NCBI GenBank assembly: GCA_964576435.1
Contig: CAZNUP010000002.1
Span: forward strand, 107,302-171,301
DNA from: an uncultured Gammaproteobacteria bacterium
GTDB taxonomy: Bacteria > Patescibacteriota > Microgenomatia > JAMCZE01
DNA: 64,000 nucleotides
Direction of reading: 5' to 3'
This document shows, one piece after another, positions 9,106 through 18,666 of the stretch (within the stretch, counting starts at the first letter, position 1; each line of letters starts with the position of its first letter). A model generated the notes under the pieces. That model had not been told where the DNA came from. It did no database searches and worked only from the letters and a program-made list of their open reading frames with translations. Made by a program: the position numbers and the translations under genes.

Positions 9106-9927
9106 TTAATCTGCTTTAGATTTGGAATTTTGGAGGGACATATTTACCCAAGCATTTTTAGCACTTAGTAATAGAGCTGCATCACGGCTATTTAGAGTTA
9201 AATAATTAGTGGCTTCTTCAAACGTTACTCCGATAGAAAGAGTTGGAATAAATCCCGTATATTTGAAATTCATGTGTATAGTAGTCAGTCCAGTTAATGA
9301 GTTTGCTTCTGCGGAAAGATTTTGAGAATTGGTTGTTGGTTCTTTCTCGATGCCATGCGATTCGATACCTAGCCCGTTATCATTTAATTCTGTAAGAGTT
9401 TTAAAACGAGAGCCAGGGAATCCATATTTTAGTGCAGTATGGAAATCATGAAGCCTATGATCATTTGTAACATTTGATGGCTCCCATAGAAGACCAAAGG
9501 CATTGGCTAATATTTTCCCGTCATTAGAAACTTTTTGATCTGGAACAAGCAAAAACTTGGTTTCACTTTTGTTGAAAAAAATCACTGATTGATCTTGTTG
9601 AGGCATTCTTAGCCAGTCAGAGTCGTTAAATTCTGAGACCTTATTAAAAGTGAGTGTGCCTGTAGGAATAGGCTCATTAAAAGCGTCGTGGTTATACGAG
9701 TCAATTATTATGCCCTGAAGACCGGGTTTTATAGAGATAATTCCAAAACTATTGTTTTGAGGGCTGTTTTCAGATGTGCCACAGGCTGAAAGTGCAAAAA
9801 TTCCTAAAATTCCTACGCCCGCATTAAGACTGTGTTTTAAAAAATCTCGCCTGCTAAGAGGTTGCGAATCCCAAAGACTTGTTGGATCTTTTATTAGATT
9901 TGATAACTCTAAGTTTGTTGATTGCAT
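9106..9927 (-). CDS. Hypothetical exported protein with a twin-arginine (Tat)-like signal
   Basis: SRRDFLKHSLNAGVGILGIFALSAC: an RR motif with a lipobox-like Cys. Confidence 0.5.
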   Translation of the reverse strand: MQSTNLELSNLIKDPTSLWDSQPLSRRDFLKHSLNAGVGILGIFALSACGTSENSPQNNSFGIISIKPGLQGIIIDSYNHDAFNEPIPTGTLTFNKVSEFNDSDWLRMPQQDQSVIFFNKSETKFLLVPDQKVSNDGKILANAFGLLWEPSNVTNDHRLHDFHTALKYGFPGSRFKTLTELNDNGLGIESHGIEKEPTTNSQNLSAEANSLTGLTTIHMNFKYTGFIPTLSIGVTFEEATNYLTLNSRDAALLLSAKNAWVNMSLQNSKSKAD

Positions 9928-9979
9928 AGTCTATATTATAGGATAATAAGTTAAGAAATTCAAAGCAATTATACTAACC

Positions 9980-10519
9980 TTATGGGCAATTTGGATTGGC
10001 TTGGTATGAACCGTCCTTTTGTCTGTAAAGGCCAAATTGACCTTCCTGACCTTTTTTATAGGCAGCTTCTAGAGCATGTTTGACTAATGACATACGTGAA
10101 CCCTTTTTGTCTTTAGGTACTTGAATGTCTAAAAGGTATTCAAGTGGCTTGTTGGTATCTACATCAATGCAAAACTCATAGGTTCCACTCAAGCTTTCCT
10201 TCTTTTGTTCAGAAGATTGGGGAGTAAAAATACCGGTGGAATAGATTGCGGCCAGTACAATTATTCCGGAAGCAACTAGAAGTGTGTTTCTAAGTGGAAA
10301 TCCAGATTCATAAATATATTTTTTGTATTCTTCTTTTTTCGGTCGGAATCTTTTTCGATATTCTGGGTGATATGATAACCATATAAAGTAAGCAGCATCG
10401 TCTTTTGATACTCTTTGAGAGCGCAAATTTTTAAAGATGGATTTGTCGGACTGGCCGCTGTCCCGGGCCTCTATAACGCTTGCTGCTGTTTCTTTGTCTA
10501 ACCTGGTGCCTTGTGACAT
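9980..10519 (-). CDS. Hypothetical protein with a central TM segment
   Basis: ORF track. Confidence 0.35.
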   Translation of the reverse strand: MSQGTRLDKETAASVIEARDSGQSDKSIFKNLRSQRVSKDDAAYFIWLSYHPEYRKRFRPKKEEYKKYIYESGFPLRNTLLVASGIIVLAAIYSTGIFTPQSSEQKKESLSGTYEFCIDVDTNKPLEYLLDIQVPKDKKGSRMSLVKHALEAAYKKGQEGQFGLYRQKDGSYQANPNCP

Positions 10520-10560
10520 AATAAACCATTATATCTTATAGTATTAATATAATCAATTTT

Positions 10561-11208
10561 ATGATCAGAAGAAAGAAAACCTTACCGAGTTTTGAGTTTG
10601 AGATGTCTTTAGATGATGGTTTTGTGGTGATTGGGGTTGATGAAGTTGGTAGGGGTGCTTTGGCAGGGCCTGTTGTAGCTGGGGCGGTTTGCTTATTGGG
10701 TGACCGTGGTTTTTGGTTAAAACAGGGGATTGATGACTCAAAAAGATTATCAGCTATAAGGCGTGAAGAATTGTCTAAAATTATTTGGAAAAATGCAGCG
10801 TGTGGGATCGGAGGGGTGAGTGTTGCATATATAAATAGTCATGGAATTGTTAAGGCAACTGAGAAAGCAATGCGCCAAGCAATAAAAGCAGTGCAAGGAA
10901 AAATAGCTAGTAATCAAGGTCAATTTTTGCTTATTGATGCCTTTAATTTAATGTTTGTGCCTAAAATAGGACTCAAACAACAAAAAGCGATTATAAAAGG
11001 TGATCAGAAGTCGATATCTATTGCTGCTGCTTCAATAATTGCAAAAGTTTATAGGGACAAACTGATGGATGAGTTAGCTTATAAACAGACGAGGTATGGT
11101 TTAGATGGAAATAAAGGGTATGGCACGAAATTACATATAGAGGCTATCAAACATCATGGAGTTTCTAAAATTCACAGGAAACTTTTTGTCAGAGGTTTCA
11201 TTATTTGA
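10561..11208 (+). CDS. rnhB: Ribonuclease HII
   Basis: VIGVDEVGRGALAGPVVAGAV...DDSKRLS...GDQKSISIAAASIIAKVYRD. The true start may be the internal Met at 10603. Confidence 0.85.
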   Translation: MIRRKKTLPSFEFEMSLDDGFVVIGVDEVGRGALAGPVVAGAVCLLGDRGFWLKQGIDDSKRLSAIRREELSKIIWKNAACGIGGVSVAYINSHGIVKATEKAMRQAIKAVQGKIASNQGQFLLIDAFNLMFVPKIGLKQQKAIIKGDQKSISIAAASIIAKVYRDKLMDELAYKQTRYGLDGNKGYGTKLHIEAIKHHGVSKIHRKLFVRGFII

Positions 11209-11306
11209 CAAACATTGATATACTGTTTTTAGTGTTAAAAAAGCTTTTCGAGTTTGGTCTTTTGGGAAGATGGCCAAGCCTAGTTGGTTTGGATTGAGTT
11301 TATATT

Positions 11307-11330
11307 AACTCCGCAAAAGCGGAGTTTTTT
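11307..11330 (+). terminator. Rho-independent terminator after rnhB
   Basis: aaCTCCGCaaaaGCGGAGtttttt. Confidence 0.55.
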
Positions 11331-11379
11331 GTGGGTGGTTGAGTTTGACAAACCTATAGTTAGTTGATAGAATGAAATT

Positions 11380-12627
11380 ATGAGCTTAGTTACTAAAGAT
11401 AACGAGCGCGGCATCGGAGTTGAACCGGTTAATTCTGTTGTGCTGGAGGGCCTAACAGGTAGACAATATAAAAAATTGGGAATTACACTTTTGGCAATCA
11501 TTGCTGCAAGTTGTAGTAGTGCCCCCCGAACTACTAATGCTATGGAGCCGGATCGGGAATTGGGTATTTCAAATTCGCCAGCAGAGTTAGTTACGCAAAC
11601 TCCTGCAGCTCATTATGGGGTAGATTATTCTAATAAAAATTTGATGCCGGTTGTAGGAATACAGGTTCCTACTGGGTCTGCGTTGGAGACTGTCGTGGCA
11701 ATAGAAACTAGGGGCATACCCGGTTTACCTACTGCAACACCTGAATCTACAAAAACTCCAGAGCCTAGTGTGACACCATTTCCCACAGAGACAGTTGCTC
11801 CCACTGAAACAGATTTGCCTACTAATACGCCTACCTTAGAGGTGACAGCCACTGATGTGCCAACTGATACTGCTGTGGTAGTGGCATCTCCTACAGATGT
11901 TCCACAACCAACGGAGATAGCAACCGCAACAGATATTCCAACTGTAGTTTTAGAACCAACCGTGGTTTCAACTTCCACGCCCGATATTCCACCCACAGTG
12001 GTTTCTCCTGATGCAAAATTTGAAGCTATCGCAAATTCAGTGGAGATGAGATTTGCAAATCCAGATGATGCTGCAAAAGTAAGAAAAGCTATAGTAGAAA
12101 TAGGCAAAAAGGGACCTCATAAGGATTGGGTAGTTGATGATTTTGATCCTGAATTTCAAGCTAAATGGGCAGAAAATTTCCCAACTATTCCTCTTGAAAT
12201 CGCTGTTAAAACAATTAATGAAGATGTGATGAAACTTTTGGTTGGAAAAGACTCCGCTACTGGTGTGAAGTGGGTAAGTTATATTGGTGACAGAGTAACT
12301 TGTTCAGCAACTTGCTTTTCTATAGATTCTTCCAAAGGAATAAATTTCATCGAGATCGATAGATCTTATCTGGACGGAGCTAATATGAAGAAACCTGAAA
12401 TCGGGCTAGAAAGTGCTATCCAAAAGGAAACACAGGCTTTTCCAATCGTGTTTGGTCTATGGCGTCATAACTCTACATTAAGTGCAGAGCAACTTGGCAG
12501 GGCGGCTGATACTTTGGGGTTGATGCAGTCTTATTACTACATTTTGAATTACAGCCCTGAAGATACAGAAGCTGCAAACTTTTTAAGGCAGCGAGCTCTG
12601 GAAGGTGGATCACTTGCATCTAATTAA
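11380..12627 (+). CDS. Hypothetical lipoprotein-like surface protein with a Pro/Thr-rich linker
   Basis: N-terminal TM/lipobox-like AASCSS. Then about 120 aa of PT/VPT repeats. Then a globular C-terminal domain. Confidence 0.45.
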   Translation: MSLVTKDNERGIGVEPVNSVVLEGLTGRQYKKLGITLLAIIAASCSSAPRTTNAMEPDRELGISNSPAELVTQTPAAHYGVDYSNKNLMPVVGIQVPTGSALETVVAIETRGIPGLPTATPESTKTPEPSVTPFPTETVAPTETDLPTNTPTLEVTATDVPTDTAVVVASPTDVPQPTEIATATDIPTVVLEPTVVSTSTPDIPPTVVSPDAKFEAIANSVEMRFANPDDAAKVRKAIVEIGKKGPHKDWVVDDFDPEFQAKWAENFPTIPLEIAVKTINEDVMKLLVGKDSATGVKWVSYIGDRVTCSATCFSIDSSKGINFIEIDRSYLDGANMKKPEIGLESAIQKETQAFPIVFGLWRHNSTLSAEQLGRAADTLGLMQSYYYILNYSPEDTEAANFLRQRALEGGSLASN

Positions 12628-12694
12628 GTAACAATAGTCGAGTCTTCTCTTCCCCTAATTGCTTTAAGACATAACATCCAGTTATCATGATTGA

Positions 12695-13105
12695 ATGTCC
12701 AAGTTGGATTCTCGTCAAAAAAGAAAAAAAATAATAACTATTTGCTTAGTGCTTCTGTTATTGGCTGCTGGAGTGGTAATAAAATCTAAACCTCTTTTTT
12801 CTGATGTACCTAAGCAGGAGATTCGAGGTCCGAGAGGGCAAATAATAAACAATGGACTTAATATTTATGTCAGGGAACCAATTGATGGGGCGGTTGTAAT
12901 ACACAATCAGGTTGTTATAAGTGGGGAGATATCTGAACCGACCGATTTTAAGATTAACGGTAAGTCTTATAACACAAATGCGGCGGGTATTTTCAAAGAA
13001 ATTATTGAGCTAAGCCCTGGATTAAATTCTGTTGATATTGTTGCGTCTAAGGGTGGAAGGAGTGGTATTAAAAAAATGTCAATTACATACGAACCGATCA
13101 ATTGA
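12695..13105 (+). CDS. Hypothetical membrane-anchored protein
   Basis: ORF track. N-terminal TM. Confidence 0.35.
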   Translation: MSKLDSRQKRKKIITICLVLLLLAAGVVIKSKPLFSDVPKQEIRGPRGQIINNGLNIYVREPIDGAVVIHNQVVISGEISEPTDFKINGKSYNTNAAGIFKEIIELSPGLNSVDIVASKGGRSGIKKMSITYEPIN

Positions 13106-13146
13106 CTTGATTCTCAAGACTAATGTGAACTATATTTAAAAGACAG

Positions 13147-15171
13147 GTGAAAAAATATTTTTTTGGTTTTGCTATTTTTATAGCAATTAATATTATTGGG
13201 GCTATTATTGTTCAAAACTTTAATGTTGCTTATGCTGGGTGTGAGCCTAGGGAGTGTTCGAGCGCCAGTCAATGTGGTGGAGGTGGGTGGAAATGCCAAT
13301 CTTTTTGTTGTGTACCACCTGCTCCGTCTGGTGGTGGTGGGGGAACAGCTAGTCTTCCTCCATCGACATCGGGTACTCAGCCCAATGTTCCACAGACTAA
13401 TGCATGTCAAGGGTGTGGATGTTGTAATAATTCTGGAACAGGATGTGCTGCGTGTGCTGGTGGGGGACCTGGGATAATTAGAAGAATTGTACATATTAAC
13501 TATCCTGGCCCAAGTGGTGCCTTTACAATTGGAGATTCGCCGGCGTGTGGTAATTATATTTTTGATTATGGATTTTCTGTTAATATGCCAGGTGCAACTG
13601 TGGAAGGGGGATGCGGGACATATACAATTACGGTTGCGACTCCTCCTGTTGGAGAAACGATTAATTGGAATTTCACAGTTACAGCTCCTTCAGGATATGA
13701 ATTTCCTACAGTTAATGCATATAGTGATAACTTTGGAACCCCGTTTGGAACCAGGAACTATCAAGATACTTCGACTGTAAACTACACATATAGTACTATT
13801 CAGGATGGTAATACATCTTTTGTTTTATATTTACCAACATTTGTTTGTAAGAACACTAAGACGAAAGTGTATTACAAAACATCAAGTACAAGTACTAATT
13901 GGACGGAAGTAACTTCCAATGATCAAGTAGTTGTGGACCCAAATGGTTCACCGATTTTTGTTGCAGCAACAGTGACAAATTCAAGTAACCAAAATTTACA
14001 TCCCACTGATATTGCTGACTATATCAATGGGAATATATCCATTGTCAGAGACGCTTCAACACCTGTTTCAGGACTTACAAATATTAATGCAGATACAAGC
14101 TATTTGTGGGAATATAATTTTACGGGTCCACGAACTTATCGAGCAGTTTTTACCAAAGCATCAAATAATCATCCATGGTGTTCATCTTCTAGTTTTAGAT
14201 TTATTCTAAGCCCAGCTGTAGTATCTCCAAGTCCAAGTCCAAGTCCTTCCCCAAGTCCAAGTCCTTTGCCAACTCCTTCTTCCGTAAATACAAGTTATTT
14301 CAAAACCTTTGGGGGTGGAGTGGTTGCTGCTGGCATAACTGGTAAGGTGGTTGATGCTAAATTGCCATTTATTACGGATTTTATTTCGGCCAATTTATCA
14401 GGAGCACAAACGACAAGTGCTGGGCCAGTTTCTGCTAAATCCGATATTCAGAGTGGTACTGGAAAATTTTCTCAGCAACCAAATGGCAGCTTATCTAAAG
14501 GGTGGAATCTTCTTGGATATCAGACTGGGAGCTCGGCTCTTGGTGGGGGCGACTATGTGAAATTCAAGGAATCATTTTTCAAACTTGGTAATGTCTCAGA
14601 CATTAACTATTGTGACACAACTGGTCCACTTTCTGGGGGTCAAACATTTAAAGTCTTCTGTTACACAAATGGAGGTACAAGTTTACGCGCCACAATTAGC
14701 AATGCTTTAACTGATTCATCAGGGGCGCAATTTGTTGTTTTGTTGCCTGATCCACTGATGACTAATTTTAGTACTGCAAGCCTTGGTGTTCCTGTTGGCG
14801 GAGTTAACGGTAAGCACCTCTTAGCTTTTTTACCTATGGGTTTAACAATCACCAACGACGTGTTGGTTAGTTCTTCAACTAATTCTACGGCAACATTTAT
14901 CGTAGATGGAAATATTGATGTTGCTCCTTCTGTTGGAGTAGTGGATGGGGCTTATTTACTTAGTGGGAACTTTAATACGGGAATTAACACGTCAGCGGTT
15001 ACAGGTCGAGGAATGGTATTTGCCATTAGTGATAGCTCACAAATAAACTTCCAGAGAAGTCCAACTAACGCTATTGGTGAGAGTTGGTTATATGAACCCA
15101 AATATTTGTCTGTTTTGTCAAGAATGCTTACCAAACCTGCAGTCCAGTGGAGTGAGCTTGCTCCTAAATAA
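13147..15171 (+). CDS. Large secreted/surface protein (674 aa) with a Cys-rich N-terminal module and an (SP)n linker
   Basis: Signal/TM at the N-terminus. CEPRECSSASQCGGGGWKCQSFCC...CQGCGCC. SPSPSPSPSPSPSP encoded by a hexanucleotide repeat. Confidence 0.5.
   Translation: MKKYFFGFAIFIAINIIGAIIVQNFNVAYAGCEPRECSSASQCGGGGWKCQSFCCVPPAPSGGGGGTASLPPSTSGTQPNVPQTNACQGCGCCNNSGTGCAACAGGGPGIIRRIVHINYPGPSGAFTIGDSPACGNYIFDYGFSVNMPGATVEGGCGTYTITVATPPVGETINWNFTVTAPSGYEFPTVNAYSDNFGTPFGTRNYQDTSTVNYTYSTIQDGNTSFVLYLPTFVCKNTKTKVYYKTSSTSTNWTEVTSNDQVVVDPNGSPIFVAATVTNSSNQNLHPTDIADYINGNISIVRDASTPVSGLTNINADTSYLWEYNFTGPRTYRAVFTKASNNHPWCSSSSFRFILSPAVVSPSPSPSPSPSPSPLPTPSSVNTSYFKTFGGGVVAAGITGKVVDAKLPFITDFISANLSGAQTTSAGPVSAKSDIQSGTGKFSQQPNGSLSKGWNLLGYQTGSSALGGGDYVKFKESFFKLGNVSDINYCDTTGPLSGGQTFKVFCYTNGGTSLRATISNALTDSSGAQFVVLLPDPLMTNFSTASLGVPVGGVNGKHLLAFLPMGLTITNDVLVSSSTNSTATFIVDGNIDVAPSVGVVDGAYLLSGNFNTGINTSAVTGRGMVFAISDSSQINFQRSPTNAIGESWLYEPKYLSVLSRMLTKPAVQWSELAPK
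14225..14266 (+). repeat. Hexanucleotide tandem repeat (agtcca/agtcct, about 7 units) encoding the (SP)n linker
   Basis: ccaagtccaagtccaagtccttccccaagtccaagtcc read directly from the sequence. Confidence 0.5.
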
Positions 15172-15225
15172 AATGGGTGTTTCAGGTTGTTGCAATTTAT
15201 TTAGATTTTGATTTAAACTTCAAGT

Positions 15226-16524
15226 ATGGCCTTTGGAAAAAGACAGATAATTGCGGCTTTTTTAGAAAAAGATAATGTCAAACTTCTTGCGTTTGAAATC
15301 TCTGGTAAAAGTGTATCAAGAATTTTTGGAGGCCAGGTAAGTTTTGGAGAAGATACTTTAAGAGATGCTTTTATTGCCGATCCAGTTAAGTTTTCTACTC
15401 AAGTTAAGGGGGTTCTAGCTCAAAAACCGCCACTATCAGAAATAACTGAAGGATATCTATTTTTGCATCCTGATAAGACTTTCATTAAAGCTTTACCACC
15501 AGCTGAATCAGTTGATGCGTTTGTTAGGTCATTACCTTTTTTCAAAGAAGAATTAGTTATTCAGGAACCGGCAGTTCAAACTGGAGCTCCTGTTTCAGGT
15601 CAAGTTAATTATGTGGCTTTTGAAAAAAAGCTAGTTGAAGATTTTGAGAGACCATTTCTTGAATCTGGGAAAAAGATTTTAACTGTTAATTCGGCAGTTA
15701 GCCTTCTTGTTAAGAAGTTTCCGCAGACAGGAAGGTATCTTTTGGTTTTGCCATTTGAGAAGGATGTTTGTGTTGCGGCTTGTCAGGACGGAGTAATCTT
15801 GGACATTGCAACATTTCCAAAAGATGTGTGGGTGGGAAGACTTAATGAATTTAGAATGGGGAAGGGTTTTTCAGATATATCCAATGTGTTTGTAGTAGGA
15901 GCTTTGGAAATGGGTGCGGGGGATAAATTGCGAAATGAGCAACACTTAAACGTTACTGAAAATATTCCAGGAGATGTTTACGACCTGTCAGTTCAATCTG
16001 TGCTTTTGGGAACTGGTGCAACACCAAGTGCTACTGGTTCAGGTCCAAAATTTCAGATGCCAAAGATTCCTGGTGGAAAATTTGTGTTTCTGATTTTGGC
16101 AGCGATCATTGGTTTTGTTTTAGCGTTTCTTATTCTTAAGAGTCTGCTTGGTGGAAAGATTCCAGGTACGCCGATTGGTCAAACGCCAAGTCCAACACCA
16201 AGCATGCAAGAACCAACTCCATCTCCTACACCAGAAGCAAAGCCTGCCGACTTTAAGGTGATAGTTTTAAATGGAACTACAGTTCCTGGAGAGGCAGGAG
16301 CCCTTGGAGAGACTTTGACTGGACTTGGGTATGATGTTATTGAAACTGCAAACGCAACAACGTCGGGATTTGTGGCAACGAGATTGAGAGTTACGCAAGA
16401 TGTTCCAGAAAGCATAATTACACAGCTTAAAGAAACTATTCTTGAGACATACAAAGAAGTGACGCAAGAAGAACTTACTGACAGTGATGCGCAGGTTGAG
16501 ATAATTATTGGAGAGAAGAAATAG
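15226..16524 (+). CDS. Membrane protein with a C-terminal LytR_C-like domain
   Basis: Central TM. The C-terminal FKVIVLNGTTVPGEAGALGETLTGLGYDV resembles the LytR C-terminal domain. Confidence 0.4.
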   Translation: MAFGKRQIIAAFLEKDNVKLLAFEISGKSVSRIFGGQVSFGEDTLRDAFIADPVKFSTQVKGVLAQKPPLSEITEGYLFLHPDKTFIKALPPAESVDAFVRSLPFFKEELVIQEPAVQTGAPVSGQVNYVAFEKKLVEDFERPFLESGKKILTVNSAVSLLVKKFPQTGRYLLVLPFEKDVCVAACQDGVILDIATFPKDVWVGRLNEFRMGKGFSDISNVFVVGALEMGAGDKLRNEQHLNVTENIPGDVYDLSVQSVLLGTGATPSATGSGPKFQMPKIPGGKFVFLILAAIIGFVLAFLILKSLLGGKIPGTPIGQTPSPTPSMQEPTPSPTPEAKPADFKVIVLNGTTVPGEAGALGETLTGLGYDVIETANATTSGFVATRLRVTQDVPESIITQLKETILETYKEVTQEELTDSDAQVEIIIGEKK

Positions 16525-16551
16525 TTTGCTTCTAGTTAAATTTGATCCATC

Positions 16552-16587
16552 AAAAAACCCCAGGCTTCCCTGAGGTTTTTTGTTTTT
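16552..16587. terminator. Hairpin terminator between convergent genes
   Basis: aaaaaaCCCCAGGcttcCCTGAGGttttttgttttt. Confidence 0.45.
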
Positions 16588-16600
16588 CTAAGGTCTAGAT

Positions 16601-17413
16601 TTAGAAATTAGAATTTTGTGCAAAGTAGGCTTTTGGAAGCAAATTGAAATCTGCTCCATTTGCTACATAAACATACCCTGGTTTGGAAGTAATTGGGTTA
16701 TTAGCCCCTATTTTCCTCCAGTTAGTTTGAATGTTTGGTTTGTTTGTTTCTTTTGGATAGAAACATTGTAAAACCTTAGCTTTTCTATCTTCATCTGCGC
16801 CAATGAAATAGACATAGTCAGCACCTTCTCTAAGTTTTGGTTGTCCAGCGATCCAGTGAGTTCCTGTTGGATGACTCACATCGGGAGTTTTACCATCCCA
16901 TCTTTTTCCTGGTGCATTAAGCGCAGCACCTGGAGTTGGGCATGGGGCATAACCATCATCACAGTCACTTCCTGTGTAAGCAAAACCCCAGAAAGCGCCT
17001 TGAGTTGATCCATCAGTTAAATCTTTAACGTGGAAATCGACTTGTGCTGTTCCGCAGTCTTCTCTAGGAGTGTTTTGTGAAAGGGTTCTTGTAATTGACT
17101 CCTTGGGTTTAAGTGTCAATTTTTCAGTTCCTGATTTTTGGTTATTTCTGTTATTGCTGCATGGTTTTGCAACTTCACCGTAATCGCAAGTAAAAGCACC
17201 TTTTCCGATTTCGATATTTTTATTCACAGAACTTGTGTTCTTTACTTTGATTGTGGTTTCTGCCACGGTACCGATGTAACCAGAAAGGGTGGGGTAGCCG
17301 TTTTTGAGTCCGCTCCATTCGACCTTAATGTCACTTGCGGCGGAAACTTGTGAAGCTCCAAAAGTTAATGCTATAGCAAAAACAGTTAGTGTTAAGAGTG
17401 ATTTTTTAAACAT
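16601..17413 (-). CDS. Hypothetical secreted protein
   Basis: Signal peptide MFKKSLLTLTVFAIALTFGASQVSA. Confidence 0.45.
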   Translation of the reverse strand: MFKKSLLTLTVFAIALTFGASQVSAASDIKVEWSGLKNGYPTLSGYIGTVAETTIKVKNTSSVNKNIEIGKGAFTCDYGEVAKPCSNNRNNQKSGTEKLTLKPKESITRTLSQNTPREDCGTAQVDFHVKDLTDGSTQGAFWGFAYTGSDCDDGYAPCPTPGAALNAPGKRWDGKTPDVSHPTGTHWIAGQPKLREGADYVYFIGADEDRKAKVLQCFYPKETNKPNIQTNWRKIGANNPITSKPGYVYVANGADFNLLPKAYFAQNSNF

Positions 17414-17458
17414 TAATTTTCACCTCCTAAACGTATTGGATTTTGTTAGTGTATAACA

Positions 17459-18067
17459 ATGGATCTAATTATATCATATATTGAGTTGTTTTTTGCTTGT
17501 AGATATACTGAAATTATGGATATTCCACTGTCTGCATATTTAATGATGGACCTTAGAGGCTATACAAAATTTTTGATGCATGAAGATTTAAAAAATGTGC
17601 TTAGCAACGTGCATACTTACTACACAGAATTTGATAAGTGCGTGGAAAGAGGAGGGGGAGTGTTTTGTTCAGTGCTTGGTGATGCGGTGGGTGCAGTATT
17701 TCATGGAGAAGGTTGTGCTGATCGCGCTCTTAGAGCGGCTGGTGAGACCCTAGAGAGACTTAGGGAAATAGAATTTAGGTTTAAGGCAAATGCGGGGATA
17801 GATGTTGGACAAGTCATTGTAGATGGTTACAAATATTCGAAAGCTGAATTTATTTACCCTGTAGGAAAACCCGTTGTAATTGCATACAGACTTGAAGATT
17901 TAGCAGCTGACGTGGGAAGCGATGTGTTAATTACTGAGACTACGCTTGGAAAGTTGTCTGAAAAATTTAAGAAAAAATTTATTTCTGTGGGTGCTTTTCC
18001 AATAAAAGGCGTTGACGGAAATATTAATGTGTGGGGTGCTCAAGCAAGTGCTTTGATAACGGCCTAA
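17459..18067 (+). CDS. Class III nucleotidyl (adenylate/guanylate) cyclase catalytic domain protein, standalone
   Basis: MMDLRGYTKF (metal-binding Asp). GDAVGAVF (second Asp). GGG...RAL...Rxx pattern typical of cyclase homology (CHD) domains. The true start is probably the Met at about 17516. Confidence 0.5.
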   Translation: MDLIISYIELFFACRYTEIMDIPLSAYLMMDLRGYTKFLMHEDLKNVLSNVHTYYTEFDKCVERGGGVFCSVLGDAVGAVFHGEGCADRALRAAGETLERLREIEFRFKANAGIDVGQVIVDGYKYSKAEFIYPVGKPVVIAYRLEDLAADVGSDVLITETTLGKLSEKFKKKFISVGAFPIKGVDGNINVWGAQASALITA

Positions 18068-18070
18068 ATT

Positions 18071-18619
18071 TTAAGAAGTCCAGTTAGCGACATTCCACCA
18101 ATTTTTTATATAGTCAGCGCGAACGTTTTTGTATTTTAAATAGTAGGCGTGCTCCCAAACGTCTAAACCTGTAATTATGGACACTTTTGGATTTCTCATT
18201 AGCGGATTGTCCTGATTGGGAGTTGTTTCAATTTTAATTACACCATCTTCTTCAATTAACCATGCCCACCCGGAACCAAAAATACTTAGAGCTGCTGCAT
18301 TAAATGGTTCAATAAATTCTTGATATTTTTGTGGAACTTCCTCTTTGGCGGGGGACATTAAAGTCCAAAATAGGGAATGATTAAAGTGTCCGCCGGCATT
18401 GTTTCTGACTTTTTGTCTTATGTCTTCTGGAACTTGATCAAGACTTGTTACAAGTTTTGAAATATCCATATTTAAAAGCGTGTCGTTCCCAGCTAGTAGT
18501 TTATTTAGATTATCTACATAAGTTTGGTGATGTTTGTCGTGATGGAGATGCATAGTTTCTTCATCAATCCATGGTTCTAAAGCGTTATATGCGTAGGGAA
18601 GTGGGGGAAGAGTAAACAT
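18071..18619 (-). CDS. sodA: Superoxide dismutase (Fe/Mn)
   Basis: LPYAYNALEPWIDEETMHLHHDKHHQTYV...DVWEHAYYLKYKNVRADYI. Confidence 0.9.
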   Translation of the reverse strand: MFTLPPLPYAYNALEPWIDEETMHLHHDKHHQTYVDNLNKLLAGNDTLLNMDISKLVTSLDQVPEDIRQKVRNNAGGHFNHSLFWTLMSPAKEEVPQKYQEFIEPFNAAALSIFGSGWAWLIEEDGVIKIETTPNQDNPLMRNPKVSIITGLDVWEHAYYLKYKNVRADYIKNWWNVANWTS

Positions 18620-18666
18620 GGTTTTAATATAGTACTTTTTAAACCTCAGTCAAGTGTGTTGTTGGT

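Noticed and set aside
11700-12010. Possible CRISPR-like or tandem DNA repeat in the PT-rich region
   Set aside because: Repeats are imperfect codon-level repeats inside a CDS. No direct-repeat/spacer periodicity and no cas genes anywhere in the window.
11625-12107. 160-aa ORF antisense to the PT-repeat region of ORF 11380..12627
   Set aside because: Open frame produced by the repetitive PT-coding sequence (the complement gives a G/V/S-rich frame). No independent support.
13120-14209. Several ORFs (13120..13494 minus; 13196..13477, 13487..13780 and 14012..14209 plus) overlapping the 674-aa surface protein gene
   Set aside because: All lie within or antisense to a long, well-supported ORF. 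Low-complexity translations. Spurious.
16179-16467. Two minus-strand ORFs (91 and 66 aa) inside ORF 15226..16524
   Set aside because: Embedded antisense in the Pro-rich linker region of the longer gene. No signals.
17459-18067. Calling the cyclase a Pycsar/CBASS-type defence cyclase
   Set aside because: No adjacent effector with a cyclic-nucleotide-binding, TIR or TM domain. Neighbours are a secreted protein and sodA.
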